Program-made: the position numbers and the translations under genes
Notes under the pieces: model-generated
Seen by the model: the letters and a program-made list of their open reading frames with translations, nothing else
Database searches by the model: none
Told to the model about the DNA's origin: nothing
Shown here: positions 12,418 to 24,499 of the stretch, piece after piece
How the letters are laid out: each line of letters begins with the position of its first letter
How positions within the stretch are numbered: the first letter of the stretch is position 1
Assembly (NCBI GenBank): GCA_002189035.1
Contig: NEEC01000014.1
Coordinates: 2,480,001 to 2,544,000, forward strand
Length of the DNA stretch: 64,000 nucleotides
Direction: 5' to 3'
DNA from: Utricularia gibba
Lineage: Eukaryota; Plantae; Magnoliophyta

Positions 12418-13918
12418 TCAAAACTGCATCGTTCTTGCATGCAAACTGAGTGTGTCTAAGATCGAAAAGACTTCATCAGCTGCACTGTGTGTATTATCTC
12501 CGGAAAAAAACCTGAACATCGAACCTGCTAACTCTATGCAACTCTCGCCAGCTATCTTCTTCAAGCCTCTGTCCCTGATCCCATTTCTCAAATCCGTGGC
12601 TTTCTCCCATAGTCCAACTTCAGCATAATTGTTTGCAAGCATCACTAAATTCCCACAACCCCTTGGCTCCATTTCAACAAGCTCCTCCCTTACCTTCTCC
12701 CGAATTCCCATGTCGTCATTGATATCATGAATGTTGCAAGCACTGAGCAATGCCCTCCACACAATGCCATCGGCCTTGACAGGCATGCTCATTACGAAGG
12801 CATATGCTTCTTTAAGACGCCCAGACCGGCCTAATGTATCCACAACTGTGCAAAGATGCGTCATTTGAGGTTTGATCCGATGTACCTGCACCATCTCATT
12901 GAAGTAATGCAGCACGTCCTCCACCAGCCCGGCATGACTACAAGCACAAAGAACTCCAAGAAATGTTACATCGCTAGGCTTCACAGCAGCGTTCCTCATC
13001 TTGTGAAAAAGATCAAGGGCAGAAATAGCAAAACCATGCTGCGCAAATGCAAGAATCATGGCACTCCAAGTCCACACATTCCGGCACATCATCCTAGAAA
13101 ACACGGAATTTGCATACTCGACATCACCACTTTTCCCGTACATATCAACAAGCGCAGTCCCTAGTTGGCAATTCACAACCAAACCCCTTCGAATCACTTG
13201 AGAATGAACCCACTTCCCCCTGTTTAAGCAACCAAGCGCTGAACATGCTGACAGCACGACAACCATAGTGGTCTCATCCGGTTCAGTCTCTGAGCTCCTC
13301 ATCTCAACAAACAGTTCAACACCGTCTGAAAACCAACAGCACTCTACAGTAGCAGAGATGATTGAATTCCACGAGACAACATTCCTGTAAGGCATTTCAT
13401 CAAACAACTTGTATGCCTCCAATATCTTCTTACAAGAACCATAAAAATGAATCAGAGAATTATGGACATAAACATTGAAATACACATCACCGCGCTTGAC
13501 GACGTCACCGTGAACTTGACGCCCCTCGTTCAGACCTGAAAACGATGCGCACGCTTTGAACAAGAAAGGGAACGTATGTTCATTTGGTCTCACTCCCCAC
13601 CGACGCATAAAAAGGAAAACCCGCATCGCTTCCTTAGGCCCTTCATTGTCAGAAGTAGCCAACACCCTTATCACTTTGTTCCACTTAAAGGGTTCGAATG
13701 CTATCCCCCCAACCAATTCGAGAACTGAATCAGACGAGCAACAAGTTGCAACACAGGAATCATAATAAAAGGCCTGCAGTCTCCTCTGGAATTGAACCCG
13801 GGGCAAGAGGCTACTTCCTTGAAGAGAATGCCTTGCACAACACAAAACAGCGTTTCTGCAAAGAACCTGCACTCGGATGGAGTTGATGAACATTTGCTGC
13901 ACCCAGTCTCAGCATCAT
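12418..13918 (-). CDS. PLS-class pentatricopeptide repeat protein, E subclass (At2g36730-like); 5' end disrupted or ambiguous
   Basis: Intronless 494-aa ORF with PPR repeats (RNVVSWNSII, NVWTWSAMI, VTFLGVLCACSHAGLV) and an E motif (MKKIAGESCIEL-like). The likely ancestral N-terminus starts at ATG 13918 in another frame and hits TAG. Confidence 0.88.
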
Positions 13919-14239
13919 GGGCTGAAACCACATGGATTAGCCACATCTTTGGGCATTTAATATCAGGCTTAATCTTTTGTTATTGGGCCAGGCCCACATC
14001 ACAACATAGCAACACGTGTCTTTCCAATTCAAGTCAGCGGGCTGTAAAATCCGTACCAAATGCAACCAACACCTTTATATAGAAACTAATTACATAACAA
14101 GCTCAAAATCCGCCCATGAGGATACTGGTAACTCGTAAGTGATGACTTCTGCTGCGGCTGAATGTAAATAATTAAAAAAAAAAGGCGCCGGCCGCCGTGC
14201 ACGCAGAGCCACCTCCAGCCCAGCTCCGGAGACACGTCT

Positions 14240-16626
14240 TCATGTATATGAAAGCCCTCTCGCGGGGTCAAAATGAATGCACGAGCTTCCCGAGAGAAGA
14301 CCCGCAAAGCCCCTGGAGAGACAGCCCTCAATGGCACACATCGTGGTCACGGGGGCGCGCCCAGACGGACTGCTGTTGTATCTGCTTTTCGTCTCGTCCA
14401 CTGGTGGATGGAGATGGGGATGCGAACCAGGGGGTGTGCAATTATCAATGCCGCGGAGGTTCCTTCTCTTGGTGCTGTCATCTGAAGGGCTTGTCGTTGA
14501 ATCTTCATCCATCTTCCTTTTTGAAGCTGACGGGTTGGTTAGGCATGCAGGGATGAGCACTTTTACCGAGGAGGGATGCTAAGAATTGAGATATGGGGGT
14601 GTGGTAGCCATACCAGATTTATGGAGCTGCAATACTGCTGTCTCGGCGCAACTGCATACAAACGTAGGAGGACCTCTGATCCTGCATCACAAGCGATATT
14701 TGAAGGAGGGTTATGCAACCAATTTATGGCCTAATGAAATCAGGTAAATGAAGGCTTGCTGAATTATTCCATGCAGAGGACAAATATTTGCATCGCATAC
14801 CTGTACAAGTAGTCGACAAAGTCATCGATTAAGACCGGCCATGCCCCTGGGATTATACAGAGCAGTTGCTCGTCAAAATAAAGCAATGCAGCATCAATGA
14901 AGAAACTATGAAAGAAACACGGCTGTGTTTTTTAGTAATAGAAGAGAAAGACAACACACTGAAAGTAAAAACTAGACCATCTACAAATGGTATCCCTCGG
15001 CCTAAAAAACCAGCTTATTTTCTACTGTCTCAAAATTAAATGGATGAACAAAACACACGCAGCAACATTTAGCACATCATGGTTCAAAAACTGAGTTAGA
15101 AAACTGTGAAAATAAATAAGCCAGATTTACCTTGAGGGTCATAACCTTCAAGATTTTCATTGACACAACGACTGAAAGATAAAAGTTGTCTCCATGTATC
15201 CTCCGAAATGTTATGTCGCTGATTTTTCTGAATAATAAAAGAGAAACTCAGATAATTGGGATGTAACTTCAATCAATAGTAGATGTACATAACTTTGGAA
15301 AAGCATCATAAGAAATTATCAGTTAAAAATTGAGGAGGAGCAAAGCTCAAGTTCAACGAAAAATGTTTGATGTCTAACACTAAAATATCCACCTCCACAA
15401 AATCACACCATTCATTAAGAAGCCGAAATCTTCCAGCCAAAACCAACCTCCATGCCATAATTGCCCTTGCTACGGCTGAAAATATTTTCAATATGTATTA
15501 AGAGGTGCAACCTGTCAGGTTGATGCAAAGAATAAAAGATAACTCACTTATGCTCTTTTGGCCATTTTCCCGGCATATAAAGAAAACAAAATCATAAAAA
15601 CGAGAGAACTCTAAGAAGCCCGCCTCCATGCACTCCAAGTTTGACTTAAGCTTGCAGAGTTCATCAAAGAGTAACACCCTAACATAAAACGAGGAAAATT
15701 ACAGATGTGCAGCGCAAATAAAAAATTGAAGTGCTACGGGAGAAAGTAAATCTGTTTTGAATACTCTTTCGCCAGTGCCATACAATATACTGCCTCAACA
15801 ACAAAAGTTTCATGAAATTGGCATAGTCTAATATGTATGTGATGGAATATCTAGAGCAACCAAGGACAATGACAACCTCACAATCACAATATCTTTACCG
15901 TGGAAATCTTGCTCCAAAAATATTTACCTTGCTGTAAATTTTGATTCCACCACCTTCGACATCTGGGACAAAGCTTCTTTCAAGAATCTCACCCTTTGAA
16001 TTTGCTCATCAGGGCTGCTACCATCCTCCGCTTGAGCAATCGCTCTTGAGGTAATCGCTGCTACCAAATTTCAAGATCAAAAAAACGCAACACTTCCAGA
16101 AGCAAAACTGGATTTTCTCTTCTCTTTAAAACAAACCTTCAATCAGCAGTACTCACTACTATGTTATGACACAAGTTTTAAACGGATCATTTTTTCTTCA
16201 AGTAACCAACTCAGGAGTTCAGACCCCAGGGCACGCCTTGATTAAAAGCGCAAACTGCCCCTTACAATTAAAGCAAAGAAACTGACTCTCAAAAGGTCAA
16301 TATGCGAAAAAACACCAGGTATTCTTCTCTAAAACAGCGAAAAAACAAGGATTTGCTCAAAACCCAAAAACAAAACCTGGATTCTCATAGTTTGAATGAT
16401 CAAAGCGCTACACATAGCTAAGATTACAAACGGATGAAAATAACAAAAGAGAAAAGCCGGAGTCGAAATAAGGGAGCAATCCCACTAACATCAATTCCAA
16501 CCAAATACAACCCAACTCCAAGCGCATAAAACAACCAGATTCATCCAGAAATAACAAAGAACAGAGGCTTGATTCTTTACCGCAGTACTGGCCATAAATT
16601 TGGAAAATATCGAAGCAGAATTCCAT
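14240..16626 (-). CDS. AAR3: DCN1-like protein AAR3 (cullin neddylation, DUF298)
   Basis: Spliced exons give MEFCFDIFQIYGQYC..., EFSRFYDFVFFICRENGQKSI, AWRLVLAGRFRLLNEWCDFV, NISEDTW, GAWPVLIDDFV and the C-terminus CAIEGCLSRGFAGL...SYT*. All introns GT-AG; the last intron (about 14526-14612) has a CTAAC branch site. Confidence 0.88.
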
Positions 16627-18401
16627 GGCTATCGGTGGGTACTTTCCTCCTCCGAGGCTTACGACACCGACAAAAGAAGAACCCCCCAGATAGAACTTTC
16701 CCGATTCTAAACCGCTGGAACCTCCAACGAATATCCGCGTTTCTGAGACCACCGTCAAGCTTCCACAGCTCTTCAGATTGAAAATCTATGGGATATCGGC
16801 TTACCTGGACTCCTCCAGATTGGTCGATTCCGTGTAAATTTAATAGCAATACAAACTTAAAACTTATATGCCATTAAAACACACACTATTTCATTACAAA
16901 TTTCCTGTCAAATTCTCCCAATATTGTCAACACATTACAACTTAATTTGTAATTTAAAAATTCAAAACCTTGTAATTAATATTACCACTTTCAACCATTT
17001 TCCTAATTTGTTAACATAATTGTGTTGGTAAACTTGAAAAGTAATAAATTTATTATTAAAATAATCCATATTATCATACATATAATTATTTTATATTTGA
17101 TAACAAAATTAATCTTGAAAGTTTTATTTAAAAAATACTATTGATTATAATACTTTTTGTATATTTAGGGTGTATGAGGTCGCGTGGCGCTTTAGTCGAG
17201 TATGGTGTGCAATGGTTTACCTCCGATGCTGATGTGCGAGGAGTGTCGTCGGATAAGTGGATTCGTTTTAGATTTCATTCATGCGCCTGCTGTAAGACTA
17301 TGGAAGCAAGTAACTGTTGAAATTCATTATCGATATCTCAAACTAATACAAAATACATTTTGGGCATTCAAGTTAAACGGTTATATATCATATTGAAATT
17401 CAGGATTTGATAGTTTATATGAGCGCACATATAAAACCTAAATACATAAAAAACGTGAATCATATTAAAAAATAGATATAATCAATTATTAATTATCTTT
17501 AATTTTTTATATACTTATTATATCAATTTTATTTTTTGATGTCATATTTGAATGTATACCATGCTGGAGCTTGCCATGTCGCAAGTTTTTGATGGGTGGG
17601 TGGGTGTGAGGGAGCATTTCCTTGTGGTAAGATGTGTATATATCCGGCGGAAGCACTGGTATCGGACAGTTCACTCTCAGATCGGAGACGGCGTCATCGG
17701 ATTTTCTAATACGGGATGTACGGAATGTGCTTTCTCCGGCGAAATCCGCCGGTACAAAAAAGAAAGAAAATGCTTTTAAAATGGTAATACAAGAATAGGT
17801 ATGACTTTATTTCTACATTGCTTATGTAAAAGAGAAGGAAAGTGGTTAAGGTACCCTTCTAATCTTATACAAACATTTTTCTTTGAAATAAAAAAATATA
17901 AAATTATGAAGATCTAATTAATATATTAAAAGAATAAATTCAATCATGAGATCCCGTCGCAAGCACTGTGCCAACAGTGCGCTAGAGAGCCTTATGCATC
18001 AAATCACAGTTTCTTTCCCTCCGATGTTCCCTCAACATTTTAGCCCTGGAATTATTTTAATTGAAGTTTGCTTTCAATTCCACCATCTCATAAACTTCTT
18101 TTTTTAATTTTTCCTTTTAGTTTTGAGAAAAATGATGAAATGACAAATTACAGTCATTAATGAGGAGTACATTGGGGAACAATAATTACATGACAAATCG
18201 CATTTATTAATCGCCAAGGAACAGAGGCAGGTCACACTACACGTGCACAGACGCGTTTTCCAAAACATCACGTGCATAATGTTCTGTTCCCACGGGGCCA
18301 TTTTGAAAAAGAGCACGGAAAATAATCCGTATAAATTACCTTTCCCTTCGGGTTAATGATGATAATAACAATGATAATATTTTAAGAGGAAACGAATGCA
18401 T

Positions 18402-19208
18402 TCACCGGAACTGGGCGCCGGCAAATGTTTGTCCAAATGACCAATTGGGCGGCGCCACGTTGTAAGAAACCAGGGACGCGCCGTCGCCAGTGACGACTCT
18501 GAAGGACAAGCTCTGCCCGTCGAGCAAAGAATTGCTTTGCCAATTTTGGCCCCAGTTCCTAGCCATCTGCTGCCACCCAGTCCTGGATCCCTTAACATAC
18601 ACCGCGTGGACGTCGCCGGCGCCGCCGACATTCGTAATGAGAACAAGATTGAAGTAAGAATGGCCGTTGATGGTGAATCTGATTCCACCCCTCTTCCGGC
18701 AAGGCACCCTTCTGTACAAAACAGGGACTACCCCTGCTCTGTACTGCGCAATCCGTAGAAAAACGGGCTGCGATAAATCGAAATGGTGGTTCGGCGGGTC
18801 GCACCAGCCGCCGGGAGGGCAGAAGTTGGTGGCGGTGACGGTGATGGAGCCTCGGAGGCAGAGAGGCGCGTTGTGGCAGACCAGTTGGTAGCAGGATCCG
18901 CAGCTTAGGCCGTTGTTGAACAGAGCAGTGCTGAGTGCCGCAGTCTCGGTACCGTACCCTTGGCTGTACAGGTTGCCGTAACCACAGGCCCCTCCTACCA
19001 CCCTCAACCCAACTTGAGATTTACGCACAAAATCGATACTGCATTTACATAAGAGCAGAACATACCCATAGTGCCGGAGGCGTCCCCCCGCCGTAGAATG
19101 TGGCGCGTGCAGCGATCCAGTTAGAGACGTAGCCTCCGTGCGCGGGATGGCGGCGAAGTGGAGCAATCCCAGTAGCAGAAGAATGGGGATGAGGATGGAG
19201 AGTCTCAT
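18402..19208 (-). CDS. EXPA: Alpha-expansin (EXPA); two apparent -1 frameshifts in exon 1
   Basis: Signal peptide; ARATFYGG and DASGTMG in shifted frames; intron 18995-19065; then [41 protein letters not shown]. Confidence 0.92.
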   Translation of the reverse strand: MRLSILIPILLLLGLLHFAAIPRTEATSLTGSLHAPHSTAGGRLRHYGYVLLLCKCSIDFVRKSQVGLRVVGGACGYGNLYSQGYGTETAALSTALFNNGLSCGSCYQLVCHNAPLCLRGSITVTATNFCPPGGWCDPPNHHFDLSQPVFLRIAQYRAGVVPVLYRRVPCRKRGGIRFTINGHSYFNLVLITNVGGAGDVHAVYVKGSRTGWQQMARNWGQNWQSNSLLDGQSLSFRVVTGDGASLVSYNVAPPNWSFGQTFAGAQFR

Positions 19209-21620
19209 CTTGTGCCTGTGCCTGTGCCTGGGGGAGACGAAAAGTGCGGTAAGCGGGGAGAATAAATAAAGGGGGAAGAGGGAAAGCAAAAGATAGAAGA
19301 CAGTTGGTTCAGAGGAAGATGGGGCCAATGGCAGCCAAAGTAGCTGTTTTCCATACCCGTCTTTGCATCCCAACACACACTAATCAGTAATCACCCAGCC
19401 CATGACCATGAATGAACCAACAACCGCGACATCAGCTGCGCCTGCGCGTCCACACACCGCCATTCTCTCATTCAAATGGACACTTTCATCCCCCCATTAA
19501 TGCTCCTCCTAATTAAAACAAAACTCCTTCCTGCCTCCTCCTCAAAGACGTCGCCAATCAAATTCCCAACATTAATTAGAAAAATATAGGGGAGTATGTA
19601 TTAGAAAAATGGTCATCATTTCTTATGTGTGTGATAAAAGTAATCATTTTATATATAAAAAATTGATTGAAGTGCATAAGATAGAAAGTCAAGGTGTTCA
19701 TGATCCTCCATACCAGGGTTAGGGTTTGGCAGAGAATGAAGCACAGGTTGCTGCACAAATCGCGGCATAATTGTGACATGGGAGATGGGGTCCACCCAAC
19801 CGGTCGCCTCTGCCTTTCTTTTGACTAAAGGACCGGTCTTACGCACATGAAATTTATATTTACTTTAGCCACGCAAGTAATAACAGTTTTCGAAGTGAAA
19901 TGACTATATAAACCTTGGCGGCTTAAATATCCCAAACGAAGGGTGTCGTCTCTTTCGAAAAGGATCCAATGTGTGGATCGCGGTTAGGTCGCTTACTCGC
20001 ACATTGTGAGGATTTAATATTGAATCAGAAGGGAGGGGGAGGGGGGGTGTTTGGGTCCTCTTTTCAGATTAAATATTTCAAAAGATTTGAGGCTGGTTGA
20101 AGAAGAAAATGATGATGAGGAGGAGGGCTGGAGGATCGGAGAATAGTATTCAAAAAGTGTGGTGATGAGGATGGCGAAAAAGGACGTGTGGGTAGTGGTA
20201 ACAGTAGGCGTTGCCATAAGTAAACCGGGGCCTTGCGAGGGATGGAGACCCACCACATGCCTCATTACGACGCCTGTCCCTCGCTGCTTCCATTTTCTTT
20301 TCTCTGGGCAGAGGAGCCATTTAAGAGGCACACCCCATCCCCGAACACCACGACCACGTTCTGTCGGGTGCACCACATGCGCCCTCTCTTCTTCTTCTAT
20401 CGCAGCGGCAGCAGCAGCAGCACACAGATACATACATACATACATGCATCTGCTCTGCTTCATCATTGTGTACGTATGCTTGGTTCCACGCGACGGAGAC
20501 GGACTGGGGTTCCGGCCTCAGGATTTTACTCCTCGCAGTCCCAGGTGTTGTGTGTTCGGCACTGCATTTAATGCTCAATACACTGTACTGCGCGTCAGGT
20601 GCGTCGGAGCCGGAATGCCTACCCAGCGCCTCTCCAGATCCTTCACGTCTCGATCCATGCCTACCTATCTTCCCGACACAAAAGGGGTAGACCTGGAATT
20701 TCCTATTCCTTCATTTTTTTTGTTTCACACCAATCATGATTATTTGTTTTAACATTTAAATCAAAAATATAAAAAAAGACTCTAAAATATTAGAATATGA
20801 TAGATCTTTTTATATTGAACAATCATATGTTTACTTAATTATATTCTGATAAAATATAATGCGTGTGTGTGCTTGCATTATTTATTAAAATCTGTTTACT
20901 ATGGAATTGTAAACAAGCATGTAGTTAGTTGACTAATAAGTATATGGCTGAATGGTGAAGCATAAAATTCATATCATCTAATTTTCCCAATACTGCTACA
21001 TGGTATAAGAATGTTGATGTCGAATTTATGGATGAAAAAACATTATAATATTATTAAAATATGGATTAAAGAATGATGATTAATTTTAGAATTTATGGAA
21101 ATTAGGTGGTTCGTCCCAATGAATAATGCGAAGGACAGTCTTGTTGACATTAAATGATCACTCGCTATAATAACGCAAGCAAACAAAACAGGACGGCATG
21201 CTGCTGGTCTCTCTCTTTCTCGGGTGTAAGAAAGGAAATCAAGAAAAAGTCGAGGCTCCTAGGCGGAGAATATGCAGAAATTATTGGGACACAATGTTAA
21301 AAAGTCACCATGTGAACAGTGAATCGTTCTCACCATACAGGGCTTTGTCTCCTCTGGGGTTGTTGGCTGGTAACATCAAGCTTGACTTGAAGGGAGAAAG
21401 GGGAATCATGCTTTCAAATTCACCATTTTTAGGCGAGCCTGTACTGCTATGAACTCAAAATCTACCCTCTGGTTAGAAAGAATGTACTGGGGTTTTATGT
21501 GTCGCAATTCCTGCTCATCTGATGGGAATATAACTTAGGACGCTGTTACTCAAAGGTTCACATTATTTGGCAATACTACATCACTTGATCTTGTATAAAG
21601 TAAATGGGCAGCGCAGGAGA

Positions 21621-21782
21621 TCATACCGGGACAATACCTTCCCGAACTAGAAGCCCCAGGAGGAGCACCAGGAACCCGGCAACAAGACACTGCGTCGACG
21701 ACACCACCGTCTGCGAATAAGCAGAAAGCGTGATCGCTGCCCCCACGATCGAGATCGAAAGGGAGATCTTCATCGCATCCAT
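21621..21782 (-). CDS. Small (53 aa) two-transmembrane plant protein of unknown function
   Basis: MDAMKISLSISIVGAAITLSAYSQTVVSSTQCLVAGFLVLLLGLLVREGIVPV*: two hydrophobic segments. GGCCC site-II-like motifs lie upstream (21880-21958). It resembles, from memory only, a conserved plant sORF family with YSQT..TQC..GLLV.EG. Confidence 0.65.
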   Translation of the reverse strand: MDAMKISLSISIVGAAITLSAYSQTVVSSTQCLVAGFLVLLLGLLVREGIVPV

Positions 21783-22279
21783 TCTTCTCCGAGTTCCTTC
21801 AGGAAAATGCCGTGTAGCAGCAACAAAGTCAACACTTTCTAGAGCCAACAGGCTCCTGGGATTTGTGTTGACTTTGCAACGGGCCCTTGTCCATTGCCCA
21901 TCCTTTTATGGTCTGGGCTTTATCCAACTAACCTTATTGGGTCCGACACAGGCCCATATTCAGTCAGTTGTCGTTGCAAAGATAACAAACACTGTTAGAT
22001 GTCAGAATATCGGTGGAGTGTCCACTGTGTAGAACAACGAACGCTATTCAAATAGTCAAAGAAGAAAAGCAAGTAGGTTGTTGAAATCAGTTAGGGTGAG
22101 TATCATTAACTCTTCTGGTACATTCCCGCTGCAGCCGTTTTTTTTTTCTGACGAGCTGACTTTGCGTTCGACGTTCAAAGATGGCGGAAGATGGGAGATT
22201 GCCCAATCACCGCATCGTCGTATTATAAATACTGGAAAGCCTTCCTTTGTGTTAGTCATCAGTGATCATCATCTGCGAA

Positions 22280-23009
22280 ATGGGGAAGTCAGTGACGAAG
22301 AAGGAAGCAATAGAGGAAGCTGCTGCTAGGCAGAAGGGTCCGAGCAGAGGAAGATCGGTTCTTGACTTCGTTCTGAGAATCGTCGCTGCTGCCGCTACGA
22401 TCGGAAGCGCGATCGCGATGGGAATGCGAATAACCCTAGGGCTCCTCTCATGGAGCAGATCACCCGGTTGAGATCGCAGTTCAATGAAATTCCGGCTTTC
22501 ACGTAACCATCGGACAAGCTTACAAGTTACAGTAACGCGAGTTTTAATGTTCCTTGTAATGAAATGGAATTCTGTCTGTTTTGCATCAGGTTCTTCGTGG
22601 TTTCCAACGCCTTGGCGACCGGATACCTCGCGCTCTCGCTCGTGCTCTCAGCCCTGCACATTGTGATGCCCGGTGCGAAGCTCACCCGGGCCATTCTCCT
22701 CATCCTTGACATGGTAATTCTCGACATCCATCGTCTGAACCTTGCGTCCGCCACCGCTGTCAAGCTCACTGATTTCCGTGGCCATCTGTGTAGTTAATAT
22801 TGTCGACTTTGACGGCTGGGGCATCGGCGGCTGCCGCGATTACATACTTGGCACACAAGGGGAACACGCAGGCCAACTGGTTTTCGATATGCCACCAGTA
22901 CAGCTCCTTCTGTGATCGCGCCTCAGGGTGTTTGGCTGGATCTTTCCTGGGAGTTCTTGTGCTCATGATGCTCATTGTCTTGTCGGCCATCTCCCTGTCG
23001 AGGAACTGA
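22280..23009 (+). CDS. Casparian strip membrane protein (CASP/CASPL1); apparent -1 frameshift in exon 1
   Basis: [60 protein letters not shown]. Three exons, introns 22503-22589 and 22714-22794. Exon 1 is 223 nt but needs 224. Confidence 0.88.
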
Positions 23010-23039
23010 ACCAACGGCCATTATCTTTTGTTTGTTTTG

Positions 23040-23780
23040 TTCGCAGAATCGTCATCCAACATGACTGAATGTGTGTTTTATCCTTTAACAAGTAGCAGTG
23101 TGTATACACACGGGGCTCCAACCCCACTTCTAGCACATTAGTTGCCTAAGCCTTCAGCAGGATCATCGAACGGAAACCTCCGCACAAAAAACAAAAAAAA
23201 AGGACTTTCACTCTAAAAAGAATGCCTTTTGAAACTGTGTATATAACGTCGTGTGTGTGTATCTCTCTCTTTTTCTTTTTGTATTTTGTCACAATGCACA
23301 CAGTATGAGTGGCTTTTCTTAGGGTTTCATTCTGACGGTTAAAAACAAAATCGAATAAATTTTTTGTCAAAAAAAAAAAAAGAAAAAACTCTTGAACCAA
23401 CAAATGTACTCCTTTCGCTTTTCATGGAGGCAGATGAGAGCAAGACGGATTCAAATATTCGGGTATTACAGGCAGCAGAAACACAGAAACATCAGTTTCT
23501 GCTGCAAAGCGGACCCCGATTTCAATTTCCGCACGACAAGATTAGGCCTCCCAGCATTATCAGTAAGCTTTCGAGCCTCATTCCGGTGCGGCACAGCGGT
23601 TTTCCGTTCACGGCAACGACTAATCAATTAAACTCACCGGCGGCAGGGCGTTAGCCTCCGACCGCGATTGAGGAACACCGGAAATAACCCTAGAAATCTG
23701 ACTAGCTATGTGGCCTTATTTGGTTTCAGATCTGCGTGTTGGGCCGAAGGGTCCAGTGTAACCACGGCCCAATTTGTTGA
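23040..23780 (-). other. Putative transcription unit without an evident ORF (site II + telo-box + splice donor)
   Basis: TGGGCC/GGCCCA at about 23739-23770, TAGGGTT at about 23686-23694, CCG|GTGAGT donor at about 23639, possible TTTGCAG acceptor at about 23502. Confidence 0.35.
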
Positions 23781-24499
23781 TGATTAGGCGGATATGTATG
23801 ACCCAACTGTAATTTAGAATGATTCTCATTATTTTACAGTTTAAAAATTTAATATAAAAATTACTTGCTATTTCAAAAAATTAATAAAATTTGTTTTCAC
23901 TCTCTATAAAATTATTTTTTAATAATTTAATATTAATAATTCTTAATATTTGAAATAATTGATTCAATTGTTTGAAAGTTTGAAAATTTGAAAAAATTAG
24001 TTGTTAACTAGATTTTTTTGAATAATCTAAATTAATTGTGTTCGGTGATCAAAGAGTAAAAAAGTAAAAATATCACAAATATAAAAAATTAAGAATTAAT
24101 TATATTTGATATACCAAATTTGATAACTCATTATATTAGATGCGTAATATTTTGGAAATCAATTTTATCATTAGGAATCAGATTCTCAATTTATATTAAA
24201 AAATTGGAATTAATTTTATCAAAAAATTAAACATTGAGATTTTTTGATATAATTTTCTTTGATATGAAAATTGAGCTTAGAAATATCTTATAAGTGATTT
24301 TGTGTAACTTATATTTGTGTTTTTTAGTATCTAATTAAATGGGTTTTGCAATCTTTTTATCTCATTTTTACTATGTTTTTTGAAAAATTTTATATTTTTC
24401 ATAACACTTTGATTTTTTGAAAGGGAAAATGTGTTTTGTTATTTTTCAGGATAATTTTGGAATAGTTTGAAAGATTTTCAAGTTGTAGGCAAAGATTCG

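Noticed and set aside
14527-14612. Apparent in-frame TAG in AAR3
   Set aside because: It falls inside an intron of about 86 nt with GT donor, CTAAC branch site and CAG acceptor; splicing restores the frame.
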